NCBI RefSeq assembly: GCF_003324675.1
Contig: NZ_CP030918.1
Coordinates: 690,001 to 722,000, forward strand
Origin: Paracoccus suum
GTDB lineage: Bacteria > Pseudomonadota > Alphaproteobacteria > Rhodobacterales > Rhodobacteraceae
Length of the DNA: 32,000 nucleotides
Direction: 5' to 3'
In this document: one piece after another, positions 27,114 to 32,000 of the stretch
Layout of the letters: every line of letters starts with the position of its first letter
Position numbering within the stretch: the first letter of the stretch is position 1
Notes under the pieces: model-generated
What the model was told of the DNA's origin: nothing
The model's database searches: none
What the model saw: only the letters and a program-made list of their open reading frames with translations
Program-made: the position numbers and the translations under genes

Positions 27114-28112
27114 ATGAGCGGGGCGATTACGCTGGACCGGGTGTCGCGCAACTTCGGCGTCGTCGAGGTCATCCGGGACATCTCGCTCGACATCGCCGAG
27201 GGGGAACTGGCGGTGTTCGTCGGTCCGTCGGGCTGCGGTAAATCGACCCTGCTGCGGTTGATTTCGGGCCTCGATCAGCCCAGCGTCGGGCGCATCCTGA
27301 TCGACGGGGTGGACGTCACCGCACGTTCCGCGGCCGAGCGTGGCCTCGCCATGGTGTTCCAGAGCTATGCCCTCTACCCCCACATGACGGTGCGCCAGAA
27401 CCTTGCCTTTGGCCTTGAGAACGCCCGCCTGCCGAAGGCCGAGATCGCGGCGCGCATCACCGAGGCAGCCCGGATGCTGGAACTGACCCCGCTGCTGGAC
27501 CGCCGCCCGGGGCAGCTGTCGGGCGGCCAGCGGCAGCGGGTCGCCATAGGCCGCGCCATCGTGCGCGAGCCGGTGGCCTTTCTGTTGGACGAGCCGCTGT
27601 CGAACCTCGACGCAGAGTTGCGCGGCGCGATGCGGGCCGAACTTGCGGCGCTGCATCGGCGGCTCGGGCGGACGATGATCTATGTCACCCATGACCAGAT
27701 CGAGGCGATGACGCTGGCCGACCGCATCGTCGTGCTGCGCGGCGGCAAGGTCGAGCAGAGCGCCGCGCCGCTCGAGTTGTTCAATCGCCCCGCCAACCGC
27801 TTTGTGGCCGGCTTCATCGGCGCGCCGGCGATGAATTTCCTGACGCTGCCAGTGCCACGGCGTGACGGCGCGGTCACACTGGGCCTGCGTCCGCAGCACC
27901 TGCGCCTTGGCGAGAAGGGCCTCGGGATCGCGGTCGAGGCGGCGGAAAACCTGGGGGCCGAAACGCTGATCCACGGCCGCACGATGACCGGCGATGTGCT
28001 GACGGCACTGCTGCCGGGACAGTTGCGCCCGGCGCGCGGGGATCGGCTGTCCCTCACCCATGACCCGGAAAACGAACACTACTTCGACCCCGAAGGCCGC
28101 CGGCTGGACTGA
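27114..28112 (+). CDS. Sugar ABC transporter ATP-binding protein (MalK/UgpC-like)
   Basis: 332 aa with Walker A GPSGCGKST, Q-loop, signature LSGGQRQRVAIGRA, Walker B FLLDEPLSNLD, H-loop YVTHDQ and a C-terminal TOBE-like regulatory domain. Confidence 0.92.
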   Translation: MSGAITLDRVSRNFGVVEVIRDISLDIAEGELAVFVGPSGCGKSTLLRLISGLDQPSVGRILIDGVDVTARSAAERGLAMVFQSYALYPHMTVRQNLAFGLENARLPKAEIAARITEAARMLELTPLLDRRPGQLSGGQRQRVAIGRAIVREPVAFLLDEPLSNLDAELRGAMRAELAALHRRLGRTMIYVTHDQIEAMTLADRIVVLRGGKVEQSAAPLELFNRPANRFVAGFIGAPAMNFLTLPVPRRDGAVTLGLRPQHLRLGEKGLGIAVEAAENLGAETLIHGRTMTGDVLTALLPGQLRPARGDRLSLTHDPENEHYFDPEGRRLD

Positions 28113-28120
28113 CCCCATCC

Positions 28121-28140
28121 GGCCGCTTGGCCGATTTGTC
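28121..28140 (+). terminator. Weak candidate terminator separating the ABC operon from sqdB
   Basis: CGGCC-gctt-GGCCG (5-bp stem, tetraloop) followed by ATTTGT, 9 nt after the ATPase stop. The stem is short, so support is low. Confidence 0.35.
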
Positions 28141-28203
28141 ATTCCACTGTCGCGAAAATCATGGCTAAACCCGGTCCAGACGCAGGTAACGGGAGGCATC
28201 ATC

Positions 28204-29421
28204 ATGCGGATCGCGATTCTCGGGGGCGACGGTTTCGTCGGATGGCCCACCTCGCTGCATCTGTCGAACCTCGGGCACGAGGTTCACATCGTCGACAACC
28301 TCTCGCGCCGCTGGATTGACACCGAACTGGGGGTGCAGTCGCTGACCCCCATGGATTCGATCCAGGAGCGGTGCCGCATCTGGAAGGCCGAGACTGGCCA
28401 CCAGATCCAGTTCCACCTGCTGAATCTTGCCACCGAATACGAGCGGCTTAAGGCATGGCTGGCGGAGTACCGCCCCGACGCGGTGATCCATTTCGCCGAG
28501 CAGCGCGCCGCCCCCTATTCGATGAAAACCGACCGCCACAAGGTCTACACGGTCGACAACAACGTCAGCGCGACCCACAACCTGCTGGCGGCACTGGTGG
28601 AAACCGGGATCGATGCGCATCTTGTCCATCTGGGAACCATGGGCGTCTATGGCTATTCCTCGGTCGGGGCGCCGATCCCGGAGGGCTATCTGGACGTCGA
28701 GATCGACACCCCGACTGGCAAGAAGGGGATGGAGATCCTGTACCCGACGCGCCCCGGCTCGGTTTACCACATGACCAAGTCGCTGGATCAGATCCTGTTC
28801 CAGTTCTACGCCCAGAACGACGGCCTGCGGATCACCGATCTGCATCAGGGCATTGTCTGGGGCACCCATACCGAACAGACCCGCCGCCACGAGCAGCTGA
28901 TCAACCGCTTCGACTATGACGGCGATTACGGCACGGTGCTGAACCGCTTTCTCATCCAGGCGGCCATCGGCTATCCGCTGACGGTGCATGGCACCGGCGG
29001 CCAAACGCGGGCCTTCATCCATATCCAGGACAGCGTGCGCTGCATCGAGCTGGCACTGTCGGACGCCCCCGCTTCTGGCGAACGGGTGCGCATCTTCAAC
29101 CAGATGACCGAAACGCACCGGGTGCGCGATCTGGCCGAAATGATCGCCGGCATGACCGGCGCCAAGACGGTCTATCTGCCCAACCCGCGCAAAGAGGCCG
29201 ACGAGAACGAGTTGATCGTCAAGAACGACCAGTTCCTGGCGCTGGGCCTCGAGCCGATCCGGCTGCAGCAGGGCCTGCTCTCCGAGGTCGTGGATGTGGC
29301 CAGGAAATACGCCCACCGCATCGACCGCAGCCGCGTTCCCGCCGTCAGCGCCTGGACAAAGGACATCGCCAAGCGCGTCGACCGCGACCCCGAGGGCAAG
29401 CGGCTGCGCCAGGTCTCGTGA
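28204..29421 (+). CDS. sqdB: UDP-sulfoquinovose synthase
   Basis: ORF 28060..29421 trimmed to ATG 28204 (GGGAGG 7 nt upstream), giving 405 aa. It aligns by eye along its full length with plant SQD1 and bacterial SqdB. Matching stretches are ILGGDGFVGWPTSLHLS, IVDNLSRR, SLTP, HFAEQRAAPYSM, LGTMGVYG, YHMTKS, DLHQGIVWG, NRFDYDGDYGTVLNRF, HGTGGQTRAF and PNPRKEADE. Confidence 0.95.
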   Translation: MRIAILGGDGFVGWPTSLHLSNLGHEVHIVDNLSRRWIDTELGVQSLTPMDSIQERCRIWKAETGHQIQFHLLNLATEYERLKAWLAEYRPDAVIHFAEQRAAPYSMKTDRHKVYTVDNNVSATHNLLAALVETGIDAHLVHLGTMGVYGYSSVGAPIPEGYLDVEIDTPTGKKGMEILYPTRPGSVYHMTKSLDQILFQFYAQNDGLRITDLHQGIVWGTHTEQTRRHEQLINRFDYDGDYGTVLNRFLIQAAIGYPLTVHGTGGQTRAFIHIQDSVRCIELALSDAPASGERVRIFNQMTETHRVRDLAEMIAGMTGAKTVYLPNPRKEADENELIVKNDQFLALGLEPIRLQQGLLSEVVDVARKYAHRIDRSRVPAVSAWTKDIAKRVDRDPEGKRLRQVS

Positions 29422-30248
29422 TGCCGGGCTGGTTGGCCGACCGGCCAGCGCGCGACAAGCGGGCCTATGTGACGCTGGTCACCAATGCCGACTATGCGCT
29501 GGGCGCCAAAGCGCTGCTGCATTCCCTGCGACTGACGGGTACCACCGCCGATCTGGTCGTGATGCACACCGAAGTTGCAGCCGATGCTCTGGCGCCGCTG
29601 TCGGCCCTCGGCGCGCGGCTGGTGCGGGTCGAACTGTTGCCGACCTCCGCCGCGTTCAACACCGCCCACGCCCGCGCCAGGCTGCACGGGTCAGCGCCCT
29701 TTACCAAGGGCGAGAAGCCCCCCTTTCACACGCCGCTGGACAATTTCGCCAAGCTGCGGCTGTGGCAGCTGGACTATGCCCGGGTCGTGTTCATCGACGC
29801 CGATGCGATCGTGCTGAAATCCGTGGACCGGCTGTTCGACTATCCCGAGTTTTCAGCGGCGCCCAATGTCTACGAAAGCCTTGCGGATTTTCATCGCCTG
29901 AACAGTGGCGTGTTCACGGCCCGGCCCGACGCGGAAACCTTCGCCGCCATGCTGGCCCGGCTCGATGTGCCAGACGCCTTCTGGCGGCGCACGGACCAGA
30001 CCTTTCTCGAGGCGTTCTTTCCCGACTGGCACGGCCTCCCGGTTTTCGACAACATGCTGCAATATGTGTGGTTCAACCTGCCCGGGCTTTGGTCATGGAA
30101 GGACATCCGCATCCTGCATTTTCAGTACGAGAAGCCGTGGCAGGATCACGCCAAGGCGGACCGGGTGCGCCCGCTGATTGAACTTTGGCGGGGATTTGCG
30201 GAGGGGCGGGATGCGCCCGACATAGCTGGGCTAAAGGGACCGGGTTAG
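29418..30248 (+). CDS. sqdD: Glycogenin-like (GT8) glycosyltransferase of the sulfolipid pathway
   Basis: It lies directly after sqdB, starting at GTG 29418 (GTGA overlap) or ATG 29421. AYVTLVTNADYALGAKALLHSL, the DxD motif VVFIDADAIVL, LNSGVF, TDQTFLEAFF and HFQYEKPW are GT8/glycogenin signatures. The position matches the Rhodobacter sphaeroides sqdB-sqdD-sqdC order. Confidence 0.85.
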   Translation: MMPGWLADRPARDKRAYVTLVTNADYALGAKALLHSLRLTGTTADLVVMHTEVAADALAPLSALGARLVRVELLPTSAAFNTAHARARLHGSAPFTKGEKPPFHTPLDNFAKLRLWQLDYARVVFIDADAIVLKSVDRLFDYPEFSAAPNVYESLADFHRLNSGVFTARPDAETFAAMLARLDVPDAFWRRTDQTFLEAFFPDWHGLPVFDNMLQYVWFNLPGLWSWKDIRILHFQYEKPWQDHAKADRVRPLIELWRGFAEGRDAPDIAGLKGPG

Positions 30249-30551
30249 CGCTGGGGGTGGAACCGGTGATGGTCACCTTGTGACAACCAGCGATGGCTTA
30301 CCAGGACGCAGGATTGTAACCGATCTGCTTCCCACAAAAAAACAAACCTGAATTTCCGAGATTGACGGCAAAAATATGATGCGCGCAGCGTTGGGTCCGC
30401 TGGGGCCCGCTCTTGTTCGCAAGAACTCCTCTCTGACGATCCTGACGCTTCCTTGGTCGGATACGTGGAAATTGGAGCTGATCGGCCAGCATGATGGTCT
30501 GGCCAAGTCTTCAATATCGGGGCGAGAGCAACACCAGCACTCGGGGGTCAA

Positions 30552-31454
30552 ATGAAGATCGCGATAACTGGCGCAAACGGATTTGTCGGCCAATACATAA
30601 CGCAAGCCGCAATGGACGCCGGCCATCAGGTCACATCCTTCGGACGCAGCAGACCCTTGCTCCCGGGGGTGACCCACAACTCTTGGTTGTTGGGCGAAAT
30701 TCCCGACCTCTCTGGCCACGACGCGCTCATACATGCCGCCTTTCACCACGCCCCCGGACGCTATCGCGGCGGCGAAGGTAATGACCCTGAGGGCTTCGTT
30801 CAAACCAACCTCAGTGGCAGCATCGCGCTTTTCGAATTTGCAAAAGCGGCAGGTCTCGAAGCCTGCCTGTTCTTGTCATCACGCGCGGTATTCGATGGCT
30901 ACCCGCCCGGAACCTGCCTCACCGAAGACCTGACACCGCTGCCAACAACACTCTATGGCCGGGTCAAGGCCGAGGCGGAGTCCGCCCTCGCTGATCTTTC
31001 CTCCGCCACGTTCCGCACCGCCAATCTCCGGCCAACCGGCGTCTATGGGATGCCCCTCGACGGATCGCAGCATAAATGGGCAAAACTCTTCGCCGAGTTC
31101 CGTGCCGGGCAGGAAATCGAGCCGCACGTCGCAACCGAGGTCCATGCAGGCGACCTCGCTTCGGCGGTGCTACTGGCCCTAAACGACCTGACCGCGGGTG
31201 CGAAAGACGCCCGAGGGCCCACAAATCGCAATTTCAATGTCTCGGACCTGGTGTTGGACAGACGAGAGCTTCTGAAACTCTACGCCGCTAAAAATAGTCT
31301 GTCGGGAGAGAACCTCCCGCCTGCGAAAGATCGTCAGGGGCTAAAAATTCTTAGGTGCCAGCGCACCGAGGAAATCGGATGGAGGCCGGGCGGCCTTGCA
31401 CGCTTGTCGACGATGCTGGAAAATGTGGCTGTCAAATCCCCGGGCGCTCAATGA
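30552..31454 (+). CDS. NAD(P)-dependent epimerase/dehydratase (extended SDR) family protein; possible SqdC
   Basis: 300 aa with Rossmann motif MKIAITGANGFVG, LSSRAVFDG and the catalytic YGRVK (YxxxK). Its position downstream of sqdB-sqdD suggests sqdC, but a 303-bp spacer and clearly lower GC set it apart, so orthology is unproven. Confidence 0.7.
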   Translation: MKIAITGANGFVGQYITQAAMDAGHQVTSFGRSRPLLPGVTHNSWLLGEIPDLSGHDALIHAAFHHAPGRYRGGEGNDPEGFVQTNLSGSIALFEFAKAAGLEACLFLSSRAVFDGYPPGTCLTEDLTPLPTTLYGRVKAEAESALADLSSATFRTANLRPTGVYGMPLDGSQHKWAKLFAEFRAGQEIEPHVATEVHAGDLASAVLLALNDLTAGAKDARGPTNRNFNVSDLVLDRRELLKLYAAKNSLSGENLPPAKDRQGLKILRCQRTEEIGWRPGGLARLSTMLENVAVKSPGAQ

Positions 31455-31539
31455 TCTGAACTCGCCGCACTACCTCCACTCAAGAGACGACGGAGGCAGT
31501 TCGCCAAGTTACGACCGCGATCGTCCGTCACCACTCAGA

Positions 31540-32000
31540 TCAGTTGATAACCACATCTGCATGCAAAGCCCCCGCCGCATGAATGTTCTTGAGGATTTCG
31601 ATCAGATCGCGCGGGCGTACTCCCAGTGCGTTGAGCCCCGTCACGACGTCCGATAGCGACGATCCACGAACCTCCGCCAATCCGATCCCAGGATTCTCCG
31701 CAATCTGCGCTGTACTACGGGGCACAACAACCGTTTGACCCTCGCTGAACGGATTGGGCTGCACCACGTAGCTTTCATCTCGGACACGCAATGTGAGGCT
31801 TCCTTGCGAAACCGCCACGCGCGATATTCGCACGTCCTCACCCATAACCACGGTCCCGGACTTGTGGTCAATCACCACCCGGGCACGCGTTTCAGGCGTC
31901 ACCGCCAGATTTTCGATCCGGCTGACCAGGTGTGCCGGATTGGGATTTCCCAGCGCTGAGGGATCGATATCCACGGTTCCCGCATCGCGCATCACCGCGA
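31540..32000 (-). CDS. flgI: Flagellar P-ring protein FlgI, C-terminal part (5'-truncated by the window edge)
   Basis: The frame is open to position 32000. ARVVIDHKSGTVVMGEDVRISRVAVSQGSLTL..., LSDVVTGLNALGVRPRDLIEILKNIHAAGALHADVVIN and the stop at 31540-31542 match the conserved FlgI C-terminus. Confidence 0.88.
   Translation of the reverse strand, partial: AVMRDAGTVDIDPSALGNPNPAHLVSRIENLAVTPETRARVVIDHKSGTVVMGEDVRISRVAVSQGSLTLRVRDESYVVQPNPFSEGQTVVVPRSTAQIAENPGIGLAEVRGSSLSDVVTGLNALGVRPRDLIEILKNIHAAGALHADVVIN

Noticed and set aside
23255-28250. Long minus-strand ORFs 23255..25150 (631 aa), 25045..26073 (342 aa) and 26187..28250 (687 aa) antisense to the SBP, permease and ATPase genes
   Set aside because: The plus-strand genes carry unambiguous ABC-transporter motifs and ATGA coupling. 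The antisense translations are Arg/Gly/His/Asp-rich with no domain signatures. These are high-GC frame artefacts.
30245-30514. An 89-aa minus-strand ORF (and 30298..30492, 64 aa) inside the sqdD/SDR spacer
   Set aside because: There is no SD, the composition is implausible (MKTWPDHHAGRSAPISTYPTKEASGSS...), no family resemblance exists, and it overlaps the sqdD stop. It is treated as non-coding. A sigma-70 (TTGACG at 30362) or sigma-54-like (TGGCCAAGTCTTCA at about 30500) promoter match also failed on spacing.
1-32000. CRISPR arrays, tRNA/rRNA genes, IS elements, prophage genes, toxin-antitoxin pairs or known defence-system genes
   Set aside because: I found no spaced direct repeats, no cloverleaf-like or rRNA-like segments in the few intergenic regions (all 303 bp or shorter), and no transposase, integrase, nuclease or helicase-type ORFs. 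Every ORF over 140 aa that is not an antisense artefact has an ordinary metabolic, transport or housekeeping assignment, apart from the hypotheticals flagged in the findings.

Overview
This window is high-GC chromosome that looks alphaproteobacterial, probably Rhodobacterales-type (inference from composition and the Rhodobacter-style sqdB-sqdD-sqdC sulfolipid gene order). It is densely coding: 27 complete CDSs, one flgI truncated at the right edge, and a possible 9-codon gene start at the left edge. I saw no rRNA, tRNA, CRISPR array, IS or transposase, integrase, or recognisable phage or defence gene.

Minus-strand block, 0.1-8.9 kb:
- DUF482/FemAB-like acyltransferase
- a lower-GC bicistron (GT8/glycogenin-like glycosyltransferase plus PAPS-type sulfotransferase)
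- glycerophosphodiester phosphodiesterase
- RidA
- SMC
- TerC-family membrane protein

Next, 9.1-19.3 kb:
- large-subunit catalase KatE
- LolA-like protein
- translationally coupled ChoX-like binding protein and choline sulfatase BetC
- small lipoprotein
- UbiH-family hydroxylase
- fumarylacetoacetase
- MarR regulator
- LacI regulator

Operon at 19.4-28.1 kb, divergent from the LacI gene:
- GH88/105 unsaturated uronyl hydrolase
- KduI
- an unassigned 820-aa protein
- a four-component sugar ABC importer

Right end:
- sqdB-sqdD
- a 303-bp A/T-richer spacer
- an SDR gene that may be sqdC
- the 3' end of flgI

Nothing here is demonstrably a novel system. The best candidates for follow-up are:
1. 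the compositionally atypical sulfotransferase plus GT8-like pair
2. the unassigned 820-aa protein inside the unsaturated-uronate operon
3. the split, compositionally discontinuous sqd locus

All family assignments come from motif and sequence recognition by eye. No database search was run.
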